Source: Auanema rhodensis (taxonomy: Eukaryota > Animalia > Nematoda). Taken from it: 64,000 nucleotides of DNA. The translations under genes were made by a program, and so were the position numbers. The notes below the pieces were generated by a model. The model saw nothing but the letters and a program-made list of their open reading frames with translations, searched no databases and had not been told where the DNA came from. Positions 10,689 to 23,054 of the stretch are shown piece after piece (within the stretch, counting starts at the first letter, position 1; every line of letters begins with the position of its first letter). The stretch lies in assembly GCA_964057225.1 (NCBI GenBank), contig OZ059897.1, positions 6,262,001 to 6,326,000 of the forward strand, in the 5' to 3' direction.

Positions 10689-11435
10689 ATCTATAATCAA
10701 TGAATATTTAAAAAGCTAAAGTAGTGAGGTTTTAATCACAAGAATCTGATGATAAGAATTAGAAGCTATTGTGATGACACAAAGCGCAATGGGTCACGGA
10801 CAAGAGAGTGATAAACGGCCTAACAGATGTCCTCAAAGGCGAACCAAGTTCGAGCACGATCACGATGATGATAAAGCTTTATCACAGAATACAAGATATG
10901 ATTCTGAATATGGTTTCATATCAATCAACTCAGCATGACAACATAAAACAAACAAAAAACTATTAGTACAAGAAGGTTGTGTAAGAATGTTTCTAAGAAG
11001 AGCATTACAATACAAAATATTCTAGTAATAAATAGATTTTCAGCAAATTTAACCTGAGGAATACTCGTCAGTTTCTCTCTGTCTCTCTCTCTACCTCTAG
11101 CTTTCTCTCTCTCCCCCTCTCTCCCCCTTCTCATTTTGCGCTATACAAATTTATTGAATATCATGTGAAATAAACATATTAATAATTATTATTATAAATA
11201 AAATGGAAATTAAATTGCACAACAACTTGAAGGAACAGACGAACAAGTCGTTCTTCTCTTTCAACATCCAGAACAGCTGACATTAAACTTTTCTATTAAC
11301 AACAATGAGTTAGTTGTCTGTTGATCAATCATGTCTTTTCTTATGGTATTTCTTATTTTGAAACTCAATTCAACATCCTTTGAACAGATCGTTTGGAGAC
11401 ATTAGGAATACTCAAAACAATCAGAATACAACAAA

Positions 11436-11926
11436 CCAGCCAACCGAAAAATTATAGAAATTGTCCATATTTTTTGAATTAACCAATTTGAAAAAAAAAA
11501 GTAAAAATTGAAATATAATAAAAGAAATAAATATTATAATCTTATATTATTTAATTGATTGAAATTGATTATAATTAACCTTACCAGTATTCAGACGTTA
11601 AGCTTTCTCATTAGATGTTAAGCTTTCTCATCTCATCAATTTAGATAAAACCTTATATATTCTTATTCTAAATAAAATAAATTAAAAAATACAAATATCA
11701 TAATGTTATTTACCAAATTCTTAACTATATCCAAAGATGAAAAACTGATTGTATTTGATTGAATCAGAAAGACAACAACCGATATTCAAATTTTTTTATT
11801 TTTTGTTGTCAGACTGAGATGAGCGGTTGTTTCAATAACATCAGCGAGAATTAAGAAAACGACATAAATCCGCATGTTTTAGTCGTTTAGACTGAAACTT
11901 TGTGAGAAAATAGTAGATAATGCTCA
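11436..11926 (-). repeat. Left arm of a 491-bp inverted repeat
   Basis: Reverse complement of 14187-14677; I found only two substitutions. Confidence 0.95.
11775..11875 (-). pseudogene. Lysozyme-paralogue 5' remnant (signal-peptide exon fused to intron-3-like sequence), with a GATA-rich promoter upstream at ~11930-12040
   Basis: AAACATGCGG start context and MRIYVVFLILADVIETT resemble the paralogue at 16671 (MRFLVLSYIFAAIATT); upstream GCTTATCTTTAAAAATT resembles GCTTATCTTTTGAAATT at 16590; AAACAACCGCTCATCTCAGTC matches intron 3 of the paralogue at 19968-21006 at 20/21. Confidence 0.6.
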
Positions 11927-13116
11927 AATTTGTCAAATTTTTAAAGATAAGCGACTAAATTTTTTTTTGTTTTTCTTTCTTTCAATGAATTAAAGATCAT
12001 TCTTTTCTTGATAACTATTAAGAGATAACATATCAAGTTTACATCATTTTACATAATGGTCAAAGCTCTCTGATTAACCTTTTGTATTAATTTTTATGAT
12101 GAAAATGTTCTTTTTATTCTTTTTAGTAATTTGAAGAATTTTACTTCATCATAGCCATCAAGAATTTGTAATAGCTGAATGAAATTCGGAACATGATATT
12201 CAATTTTCAATATGTTTTTTTTCCACAATTTCGATGTTATATCTTGAAAGAAATAACGGCACTGCTTAGTCAGAAAAATTCAAATTCTAACTTGGCGCCG
12301 ATACTATTACAGAATACTTTCCAATTTGTATACTGTTATCTATTCTTCAAAACATTTCAAATAGAAAGAATAAGTAAAAAACAGAACATTTAGCTTCCCA
12401 CTTCATTTACAGTGGAGATTTAAGTATTTTCAATACTAGGTAGATTCCAATATATAGATGTAGGCTAAATACAAAGTGTATCAACCTCATGAAATTTGAT
12501 ATTAACGTATAGTATATCACTTATATCTTCTCTAATGACCAGCTTAAGATGTTTTTTTTTTTCACGATAACATATCTCTGTTAACTGATAAGTGAAGGTT
12601 TTCGTATGTTCCACAAATAATTTATTTTTTAAAATACAACATATAACAATGAGAATTTATAATTGAATTTTGATTTAAATCTGAATATGAAACCATGTTT
12701 GTTTTTAAATTTTTGCTTGGGATCACATGGAATAATAATAATAATAGTTTTTAAAATTTGAATCATACTATATACAAATATTTTAATGAAGAGAGAAAGT
12801 AATTGAAATCAAAGAAAATCATTGTCGTCAGTAATTAAATTATTCTGAAATGACGTGCGATAACATATCTCTTTCTTATCTTTCTATAATAATTTTGACT
12901 TCTGGGTTTGATTAAAGAAAAAGAGAGAAGAAAAGAGAAAGAAAGAGAAAAAGAGAGAAAGAAAGAGAGAAAACAGAGGTAAAGAGAACAAAAGTGTATT
13001 TTCATATTTTATCTCTAAACTTTTGAAGCAAAGATTGATAAAGCAGTCTATATATTGTTAATGTCTAAGATATTTTTATTCATTTCTAAATTTTCTTAAA
13101 ATTTCTTGTAACAAAC

Positions 13117-14119
13117 ATGAAATTCCTAGCTGTCTGTTTTTTGCTCGTCGGCACTGCTGTAGGGGTAATCTGATAATTTTGAGATGTTATCAATCCTATT
13201 ATTCAAAATTTCAGACAACCACTAATGCAATAGATTTTTCCCAACCTATAGGCTCAGCTCAGATGGAGTGTCTGAAGAAAAACAACGTTGGAACAGTCTT
13301 AGTCAGGTTTTTATACATGCTTTATTCTTAATTATATACTTTTCAGAGGTTATATTGGTCAGAAAAATGGAATGACTGATTATAATTCATGTAATACGTT
13401 TAAATTAGCTCAAGCTTGTAAGTTAAACTTATTCCATATTCAAACACATTCATGTCTAAGAATGAAGATTGAAAAATTTAATTAGTTTTTCTGAATTATA
13501 GTTGACATACATTCAAATCTCTACATGGAAATGGCACCAAAAGGATCAAAAACAGGAGGACAACAGTTCATGGATATGTATAATAACTTAAATACTACGG
13601 CATGTGGAATACAAGGTGATGCCATAGAAATAGTTTGGCTTATGGTATATATTGCACTGTTGTTTCTTCAAATACTCATCTACTTAACAGGTTAGACATC
13701 CAGAAAATTGGCATAAGAATACTGCTAAGAATGTTGTATTCATTCAAGATGTTTTGACAACAGCTGGCCACCATGTAAGTTATATTTGAATTATCACATT
13801 TACTTTATTATTGATTTGTTTAGGGAACTTGGGTTCAAATCTATACTAACAAAGACGATTGGCAGACTATTACTAACGGCACAAGCATCACATCGTTTAA
13901 CAGCATTTACGAAACTACATTATGGTATTTAATATTTCAAATTCTTTATGATTTTACATATTTAGGCTTGCAAATGCCCCTAACTTTGGACAAGCTCCAA
14001 CAAACTTGACTTTCGAGCCATTTGCTGGATGGACAACTAGAACAGTTTGGGCTTACCAGTATGCTGAGCATCAAAATATTTGTGGAGTATCATGCAATTA
14101 TGATATGGTCTATTATTAA
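13117..14119 (+). CDS. Protist-type (GH25-like) lysozyme, lys-1/2/7/8-type, paralogue A
   Basis: Seven exons; signal peptide; AIDFSQP..QMECL..VRGY..G..D..C; YM..SKTGGQQ; PENW; IYTNKDDWQTIT; LW; PFAGWT; QYAEHQNICGVSCNYD. Confidence 0.9.
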
Positions 14120-14186
14120 ATTATGTTTTTTTCATATTTATAATAATAATAAATTAATTATTTCTTTCAAAATATTGAGATTTGGA

Positions 14187-14677
14187 TGAGCATTATCTAC
14201 TATTTTCTCACAAAGTTTCAGTCTAAACGACTAAAACATGCGGATTTATGTCGTTTTCTTAATTCTCGCTGATGTTATTGAAACAACCGCTCATCTCAGT
14301 CTGACAACAAAAAATAAAAAAATTTGAATATCGGTTGTTGTCTTTCTGATTCAATCAAATACAATCAGTTTTTCATCTTTGGATATAGTTAAGAATTTGG
14401 TAAATAACATTATGATATTTGTATTTTTTAATTTATTTTATTTAGAATAAGAATATATAAGGTTTTATCTAAATTGATGAGATGAGAAAGCTTAACATCT
14501 AATGAGAAAGCTTAACGTCTGAATACTGGTAAGGTTAATTACAATCAATTTCAATCAATTAAATAATATAAGATTATAATATTTATTTCTTTTATTATAT
14601 TTCAATTTTTACTTTTTTTTTTCAAATTGGTTAATTCAAAAAATATGGACAATTTCTATAATTTTTCGGCTGGCTGG
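14187..14677 (+). repeat. Right arm of the 491-bp inverted repeat
   Basis: Reverse complement of 11436-11926. Confidence 0.95.
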
Positions 14678-14775
14678 ACAATGAAAGACAATCTCCAAAT
14701 TTTACAATTTGCACAAAATGCTATGTTTGTGGAATAATCTGTAACAAAGATTTAACATTTAAGCAAACGTTTTAA
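14672..14775 (+). pseudogene. Orphan last-exon remnant of a lysozyme paralogue
   Basis: GWTMKDNLQILQFAQNA/(1-nt deletion)/VCGIICNKDLTF matches the C-termini of the neighbouring paralogues; no upstream exons 2-6. Confidence 0.8.
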
Positions 14776-15349
14776 CCCATTGTTCGATTCAAAGTATTTG
14801 AAAACTCGTATTACTAATTAATGTTTGTATATAGAACTCTTCCGAAATTCCTCCTAATTTTTTAGAAATTACAGTTTACAGGGTCATTGATGTGAACATT
14901 TTCGGTAAGTACGGTAGGTATACTGTAAACAACATATTACAGTAATAAAAGGCACTTTTATTAAAAATATAAATTGAATAATCAAATAAAAACTTTTATG
15001 TAGTCGAAACAGAATAAATTTCAAAAAGTAGAAATCAAAAAAAGATTTTTGAATTTTCCTTTCATAACGTTTTTGAATAAAAATTTTCTAGCATAATATA
15101 TTATATAAGAGATAAAGCATCTCTTTCATCGAATTTTATTACATATTCACAAAAAATAAAATAAAAATAATTTCTGAATAACTTATCTCTTTCTGTAGTC
15201 AATTTGTGTATCAAAACGATCAAAGTGTGATATCTTATCTATATTGAGAATAATTGAATTTTGGAAATTAATCACATTATGAACTAATTATCGATTTTTT
15301 ATAAATTATAATTTAAATTCATACCAACATTGAAAGCTTGTCTTTGAAT

Positions 15350-16377
15350 ATGCAAGCTTGTGCAGCCTTTTTCAGTTTCATCTTGATCTTCTTCAATATT
15401 GCAACAACTCAGGTAATTTGTTGAACTTGTATCAAGTTTTAATCAATTTTTCTTAGGGTGTCACTCATCAAGCGATTGACTTCTCACAACCAATTGCTGA
15501 AAAACAGATAGAATGTCTTGTTTCTAACTATTACAATAAAATTATCATAAGGTTTTTTCAAATCATATAATTATTTTAATTATATATTTATAAACTTTAA
15601 GAGCTTATGCATCCAATAACAATGGAATGTTCGATTATAATGTATGTGCATCTTATAAAATGGCCGAAGGTAATACTCGCATATTTCATTATTTGGAAAG
15701 AGAAACAACTCTTTGATTTCATGTAAAAATAAAAATATTAATCTCAATCTTAAAGGAAAGCTTACTACATCGGTTTACATGGAGGCATCGGGTCAAGGAA
15801 TAAAAACAGCACAGCAACAGTTAATTGAAATGGAAAATGGATTTACCCTTTGTGGATTGGATAGAAAAGTGTTTTCTTTCTATTTATCGGTATATAATGC
15901 TTTTCCTCATGTTTATACTACTTTCTTTCTATTCATTATAGGTTACAAATCCTCAAAATTGGAGCTCAAATTCTACTGCGAATACCCAATTCATTCGTGA
16001 CTTTATAGATGCTTCTCAATTTTTTGTGCGTGATAGCAAGTTTTAGCTTAAATTTGTATTTGTTTCATTAAGGGATTCACCATGGGCATTTTAACAAGTG
16101 AAAGTGATTGGCGTACTATTACTGGAAATGCCAACATTATTGAAGTGAATAATGGAGTTCAAGCACTTCCATTATGGTATTACTCTTGTTTAATAGAATA
16201 TCCGAATATCTCTTGTTTAGGTGGTCTAATGCTCCTGCCTCAGGTCAAGGTGCTCAAAATTTGAATGATTTCAAACCTTTTGGTGGATTTTCACGTACTG
16301 ATGTTCAAGCTGTACAATTTGCTAAAAATCAAAATATTTGTGGAATATCTTGTAACAGAGATTTGCCTATTCAATGA
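15350..16377 (+). CDS. Protist-type lysozyme, paralogue B
   Basis: Seven exons with the same intron phases; AIDFSQP, RAY, GMFD, VTNPQNW, DWRTIT, DFKPFGGF, QFAKNQNICGISCNRD. Confidence 0.9.
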
Positions 16378-16465
16378 ATACTTCTATTTGATATGTCGAT
16401 TTGAAGTAATGAATAATGAATTCTTTTCAAAATCATCATCTGCTCTAAATTACTTTAAGGCTAAC

Positions 16466-16468
<3 letters not shown>

Positions 16469-16555
<87 letters not shown>
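16469..16555. repeat. (AG)n microsatellite (~43 units) between paralogues B and C
   Basis: Pure AG run. Confidence 0.97.
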
Positions 16556-16559
<4 letters not shown>

Positions 16560-16670
16560 GAGAAAGAAAGAGAGGAATGATATTACATTGCTTATCTTTT
16601 GAAATTACTTCCCTAGAAGAATATAAAATCAGACAGTTTTGAAAAAATAATCACTTTCCTGGGCTCAAAC

Positions 16671-17679
16671 ATGCGGTTTCTTGTGCTCAGCTACATTTTC
16701 GCTGCCATAGCCACAACGGTATTCTATGAAATTTTATAATGATTTTTCAATAAATGTTTCTTAGACGTATTCTCTTGCGATAGATTTCTCTCAACCATTG
16801 ACTTCTACACAGATGAATTGTCTTTCTAATACAAACAATGAAACTTTTATATTCATTAGGTATTTTACAATTTGAAATCATTTTATTTCATTCAAATGTA
16901 ATATTCAGAGCTTATATGAGTACCAATAATGGAATGTTTGATACTAATGTTTGTAATACATATCAAATGTCTAAAGAATGTAAGTTATACACAGAAATAC
17001 AACCGTTTACCTTATTCTGACTATGAAAAATGAAAATTTGAATATCGCGCCTTTTGTTTTTCAGATCATAATATTTTTCCATACATTTACATGATACCAT
17101 CTACAACAGGAGCAAAAAGTGCAGAAGATCAGATCCAAGAGATGATCAATGGAGTGAGTAACTCAAATTGTGGATTACATAATAAGTTGTATTGGTTTAA
17201 TCTTTGGGTATACTATACTACTTCATAATTAATTTTGTACATATCTGTCTTTTAGGTTACAAATCCTCAAAATTGGAATTCCGATCCTTTTAAGAATTTC
17301 AGATTTATCAAGAAAATTGTTGCTTCAGCTAATGAACATGTAAATATAAGTTTTAATTCTTACTTGTACACGTTTTCTTCATTCAGGGTTGGTCTGTTTT
17401 AAACATTTATACAAATGAAAAGGATTGGAATCAGATTACTAACAATGCTGATAAAAATCAACTTATGCAATCAAATCTTGGATTATGGTATTTCATTTCT
17501 TTGAAATAGGTCATAATCTGCTTTAATTCTGTAGGTGGGCTAATGCTCCAAACTCTGGAGAAGCTCCCCAAAACACGAATGATTTCAAACCATTTGGTGG
17601 TTGGACAAGACCCACTATCACACAATATTCTAAAAATGCTGCAGTTTGTGGAATAAGCTGTAACAAAGAATTCTCTTAA
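16671..17679 (+). CDS. Protist-type lysozyme, paralogue C
   Basis: Seven exons; AIDFSQP, RAYMSTNNGMFD, VTNPQNW, IYTNEKDWNQIT, GEAPQNTNDFKPFGGWTRP, VCGISCNKE. Confidence 0.9.
17000..17037 (+). promoter_or_regulatory. Bipartite element CAACCG-N22-AAATGAAAAT (intron 3 of lysozyme C)
   Basis: Exact consensus; function inferred only. Confidence 0.55.
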
Positions 17680-17760
17680 CTATATGTAAATGCTGTATTT
17701 TTAAATTATTTATCGTACATAAAGTATTCTTTCCAAAACATCATTGTATTTTTAAGAAAA

Positions 17761-17798
17761 CAACCGTTCAACTAGAACTGAAAATTAGAAATGAAAAT
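17761..17798 (+). promoter_or_regulatory. Bipartite element CAACCG-N22-AAATGAAAAT (intergenic)
   Basis: Exact consensus; function inferred only. Confidence 0.55.
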
Positions 17799-18829
17799 GC
17801 AAATTTTGCTGGATTCATAAAAATTTTTTAAAGTTGTTTCTAAAAAATGAAAGTTGAATGTTTCAATTGTTTCGTCAGTAGTATTGATGATGTCTTTGAT
17901 GAAATCAACATTAGTCTCTGAATCACTACTTCAATCACTTGGTCAATCACTTGATATACTATATAATTCTATTATAAGTTATAAAAAATATATTTTATCT
18001 GTAGAAAAACATAAAAATTACAATTTTTACAATCATTCAACTCATTTATCAACTCAGTAACTTGTTGAGAACCGTTTTTACCACTACTTACAAAGAGCCA
18101 AAATATGAATTTCAAAATAAATTAAATACTAAAAATAAGGAAAAATTTCCATTTTCTTATATGATATTCAGACAATCAGCCGACCTATATGCTTTGTAGA
18201 TATCGTATTAGCTGATCAAATGTTTCTGGTAGTTGGTAGTTCAAAGTCTGATACAAGACGATAAATTTACTTAAATAATAGAATAAAAAACCCTTTTTAA
18301 AATAAATGAATTAAAATGTCAATCCAATAAAGAGAAAGATAATAAAAACTTCATTATTTATAAAAATGTTTTGAAGATATAATGATAAATTTCAAAAATA
18401 TTTTTATTATTTTGAATATTTATTTTAAAAATAATAAACAACAAAATCCTTATCTGTATGTTCATAAATTGAAATTTATTTATATGCATAGATTGATTGT
18501 ATGTATACTATATCAAATATATCAAAGTGAATATCAACTTTCTTCATATAAATTAGTATAAAAAGAAAAAAAAATATTTGAAAAACAACTTCTTCTCATC
18601 AACTTTTTGATTTAAAAGCATTCGATCAATATAACTCCAAAAAACATACATTTTAGTTATGGAGCATGAATATTATAAATATTTTTCATGAAATTATCAG
18701 AAATTAATTATTAATTTTGAATAAAAAAACAAAAATTCAAAAAAATAAATCAAAAAATAAAGATTAACATAAATTGTACAAAGACAAAGCTATGAAATTC
18801 TGATGTCAGGAACGAGAGGGTTCGTTTCT

Positions 18830-19310
18830 AATTTAGTTACAGCGGATGAAAAACTTTATGGGAATGTGAAAAAGAAAAGGTTTTGGGTAGATCCTGCGAC
18901 AGAAGTCCCTCAGACGTCCAAGAACACAATACAAACACCTCTGAAGGTCTTGTATTGGGGCTTTGATAGAGTTCTGTACTCTGGGAACTATCCAAATATG
19001 GTGAGACTGTTACAGAAAATGAAATATACAATTAAAGAAAAATGACCGAGAAGGAAAAGAAAAACATTTTTGCGGGATAATGCAAGACCTCATGTGAGCA
19101 AGATGAGAAAAGAGAAATTGGTAACATTTTTTTGTTATGATTTTGATCATTCACCTTATTTTCAAGAGTTAAAAAAGATAGAAGATACAGGATCATTTTT
19201 AACAGAGGTTTTCGCAAGTAAATGTCAGTGTGTTTTCAGATTTGGCATGGATCAATTGGTAGAAATATGGGAAAAGACTTTTCAAAACGAAGGAATTATT
19301 TTTGAACCAT
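18830..19310 (+). mobile_element. Degenerate mariner transposase relic (catalytic and C-terminal part)
   Basis: VTADEK..NVKKKRFWVDP, DNARPHV, HSPY, FASK..FRFGMDQLVEIWEK..NEG spread over frameshifted frames. Confidence 0.85.
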
Positions 19311-19397
19311 TAAAAATTATTCGATTCTTTATATATGTGAAAAAAATTCTTTTAAACTCATTTGTTTGGAAAGCTTGTTTGATTTTACTCTCTTTTA

Positions 19398-19643
19398 GAC
19401 TGAGAACAATCTCAGATCGAGAGTTGTTTTGGCTCAGGATCTCCTGAGAATGAATCAAAAAAGCGTTTTTTTGAGAGTTTGGTAACTGTAGACGTGAAGC
19501 TAATTTTCTTCTCCAACCCAAACATGCTTAACTTTCAGGTGAAGCCAAGTAAGGAGATTCCTATAATACCTAGGTCTAACCCACGAACTCATAAAAAGGC
19601 GCTGCTCTCAGTTTTCTGGAATAAAAACGAACTTTTCTATGAA
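19398..19643 (+). mobile_element. Second mariner transposase fragment
   Basis: TENNLRSRVVLAQDLLR/FFESLVTVDVKLIFFSNP...P...HKKALLSVFWN..ELFYE, matching the mariner IVTGDEKWI.Y.NP...HxKKVML.VWWD region. Confidence 0.75.
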
Positions 19644-19967
19644 TATACATATGTATAAACAATATATATACGGTTTTTTAAATATTTGTTTTATTGAAAA
19701 AATATACAGTTCTTTATAATTAATTAATTCAAATTTGTCTTAATCTCTTGGAACTTTTGCAAAATTTAAGAGAAAATGCTGAATAGTTTTGGTTGAGTTC
19801 CAAATTTGAATATTTTTTAAAGGGAAAAACATACAAGCAGAATAAGAGACTATACCACGAATTATTACAACATAACTAATCAATTTTTAATTTTAATTAA
19901 GTGAAAAAGATGTTTTTAAAAATAAAAAAATAATTTATCTTTACAAAAATAAAAAATAATTGGTTAA

Positions 19968-21006
19968 TCAAGGAAATAGTCTGCTACCATAGTTATAACT
20001 CTCATTAACAGTTACTCCACAAACATGCATATATTTAGCAAATTGATGTAACTGAATATCTCTAGTTTCCCATCCACCAAACATGCCATTGTGATGCCTG
20101 GTCTCAACCGCAAGTCCGTTCTGGGTTTCTTCTGCAAGCCTGGAAAATTATTGGATGATTGGAGATGTGTTTTATTGAAAGAATAACCATAATGATGGTG
20201 GATATCGAGGAACAATGTCTGTAATCGAAGTTTCGTTGGTGATAGTTTCCCACGCATACTTATTTGTGTGAATGGTTTCAACATGCATTCTCTGCAAATG
20301 AATGAAAATGGAAAATTAAAATTGAATATTGAATTAATAACTCTTTCTCTACTAGTATAGATGATATCTCTGAGAACATCAACATTAATAATTGGATCTA
20401 CGTTCCATTCTTCTGGTTGTTCTGCCTTAAAGAGTATATCACAGGTCATCATGAAGTATAAAAATTTAACAAACCATAATGGAAAACCGGTTATTTTCAA
20501 TTCCACAAGAGCTCAACTCAAAAATCATCTCATCAACTTGGTCAGCTGCACTCTTAACCATAGTTAAAGAAGGTTTCATGTGAATTGCTACAGTTAATCC
20601 CAATTCTGAAACACAGTGCCAATTTCAAAATTTTCATTTTTTTATATTTTGACTAAGATGAGCGGTTGTTTGTATTTGAACATATATTTTATTACTTACC
20701 TTTTGCCATTCTATATGATTCACATATATTATAATTAAACATTCCATCATTTTCTGCACTATATGCTCTGAAAATAGAAATAATACATTTGGAAATTAAA
20801 AGAAAATGTATTGTATACTGCATGGATATAAATTGAATACCAGCGTCTTTCATACATTGTAGCTGATTGAAAGATACTGGCGGTGCAAAATCAACTTGAA
20901 CTCGACTCTAAAAACACTAATGAAACACAAAAAATCATTAGAAATGTTGGAAATATACCTGTGCTGAGACGACACTTACAACAATTATAGCAAGGATATA
21001 CTTCAT
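19968..21006 (-). CDS. Protist-type lysozyme, paralogue D (most divergent)
   Basis: Seven exons; MKYILAIIVVSVVSAQ signal; VDFAPPV..QLQCM; QAYSAENDGMFN; KSAADQVDEM; PEEW; IHTNKYAWETIT; FGGW; QFAKYMHVCGVTVN. Confidence 0.85.
20630..20668 (-). promoter_or_regulatory. Bipartite element CAACCG-N23-AAATGAAAAT (intron 3 of lysozyme D)
   Basis: Consensus with a 1-nt longer spacer; function inferred only. Confidence 0.5.
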
Positions 21007-21879
21007 ACTTGAAAGAAATGTTTGAATGATACGAGACTCTGTTATATATACTATTTCAGTTATTTTTATTTTGTTATATAACATATAAAATTGTTATCTA
21101 TGTGTTCAGAAATCAAAGCAAAACCGCATCACATAGATTATTATATTAATGAATTTGCAAACTTTTCTTTTTTTTAATAAATATTTCTAAAATCAGAATA
21201 TTTTAAAAGATGTATTAGATGATCAGCATTGTTATTTGAATATTGACGTAACATCATGACATGAGACACTTATACATTTTACCCATTTCTACTTCTAATC
21301 AATGGAAAATTAAAAATTCAAGATTAAAAACAACATAAGTTAGCAGGAAATGGTTTTGAGTATTGTCTGGAAAATGCTAATCAGTATTTATAAGTTTCGA
21401 TATGCTTGCATGTATGTTTGTTTAAGAACAATAAAACACATTTATCTATTTATTATTTACATATAAACAAATTAGTATATAAACTGAATTCAACATATTC
21501 TTGTAAAAACAAGAATATGTTGAGTTTTGCATGTTTAAAGAAAATAAACTTTGATAATAAAGATTTAATTCAGCTTCAATCGTTGAAAAACATAACAGAA
21601 GAACAAAAAAAGTTATTAAGCAGCGTACAAGAATCTTATTACATTTCAAAAAGTTTAACAAAGTCCTTCGTACAAATTACAAGAAAAATTCACAGATACA
21701 ATATTCAGATAGTATTTTATGAAATAGATTTTGTTGTATTTGAAGCCAAAGAGGAGCTCAGAGAGGATTTTGAAGACTTTTCAAAATTTAATTTCAAATA
21801 TTAAGTGTGTGAATAAATACGTGGCCATAGAATGTCATGTCGAAAAAAAATTAAAGAACTGTTAAAAGAGAAAAGAATT

Positions 21880-22200
21880 TATTTTTGAAAATATTATCCC
21901 CCCCCCCCTATCGATCACTTAAATTTCTTATTTCATTCCTGAAAAATAATTTAGATTTGGATTCGAAAAGGTTTTAATAAAAATTTCAACTTCCTCTATA
22001 GTTTTGAAACTTCCCCCTCTCAAACTATGTTCCATTGACCTGAACAGATGGTAATCTGTTGGTACAAGATCTGGAGAATAAGGGGGATAGGAGTCATGGG
22101 AACCTCCTCATCTGGGCTAACCTAAAACTTTGGCCTGGTTGGGTTGGAGTAGAGAATCCACTTATCATGAACAGAAATACCCCTTTCAAAATGAGAAAGA
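21880..22200 (-). mobile_element. Internally deleted mariner relic
   Basis: Minus strand HDKWILYSNPTRPKF*VSPDEEVPMTP joined directly to YPPYSPDLVPTDYHLFRSMEHSLRG.SFKTIEEV. Confidence 0.9.
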
Positions 22201-23054
22201 AGGATATGGCGCATATGTGCTACATCCATAACGACAAATCAAATAAAAATAAATAAAATTTAAAAACTTTTTTTTGTTTATTAGATTTAAATATATTCAA
22301 ATTTTGTAATTCTTTTAAAAAAAATTTAAATTTTTGTAAAATTAGCATATTTTTTCAGAATTCTACAGGGTGGCCACGTTGACACATCTTATAATTCATG
22401 CTAATTTTGAAATTTGGAATATTTATCCAAATTTCAATGTGGGTGGCCTGAAACCTTGACGCGCACCTACTATTTGGAGTAAGAAAAATGAAGTAATGAA
22501 TAAGATTAGATGTATTTTACAAAGATAAAGCTAGAAAGTATTATGATTGTATTAACTACAGAGATTAAATAATCTTTTGATTATTGATAAGTGATATCAT
22601 CTTTGTTCTTCAATTGCTCATTTCTTAGAATATAAAAACATGTAGTTAACTTAATTTGAATAACTATTTAAGAATGAAATTCTATAATTCTTAAAGAAAT
22701 ATCATGCTGAAACCTTTATTTCTGAATTATTTTTCTCAAGAAAATCTGATTTACAGGAAATTTATTGTAGATTCTGATGAATTTGTTGTAAAAAAATAGA
22801 ATGAAATCATATCTTATCAGTTATTATTATATTCCGGTATAATTAAACACTCCACCCTTTCTATTGTGAGGTGTCGTAATTGGAATAAAGAATCTTAAGA
22901 ACAGTACAACGTTTGAAATAATTAATTTAGGATAGAAAAAGGCTATTTTGTAGCTTTATCGTATGTAACTTCCTTGCTTGAACGACTATATAAACATGTA
23001 AATTAACTGATTATTTCATTGAACATATCATTTCAATTCTGTTTGATATACAAC

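Noticed and set aside
11200-11482. Coding-like stretch with a TTATG/GTATTTC junction similar to lysozyme exon 6-intron 6
   Set aside because: No continuous frame or convincing protein similarity
22364-22380. TACAGGGTGGCCA, resembling a Tc1/mariner-family TIR start
   Set aside because: I found no matching inverted partner in the window
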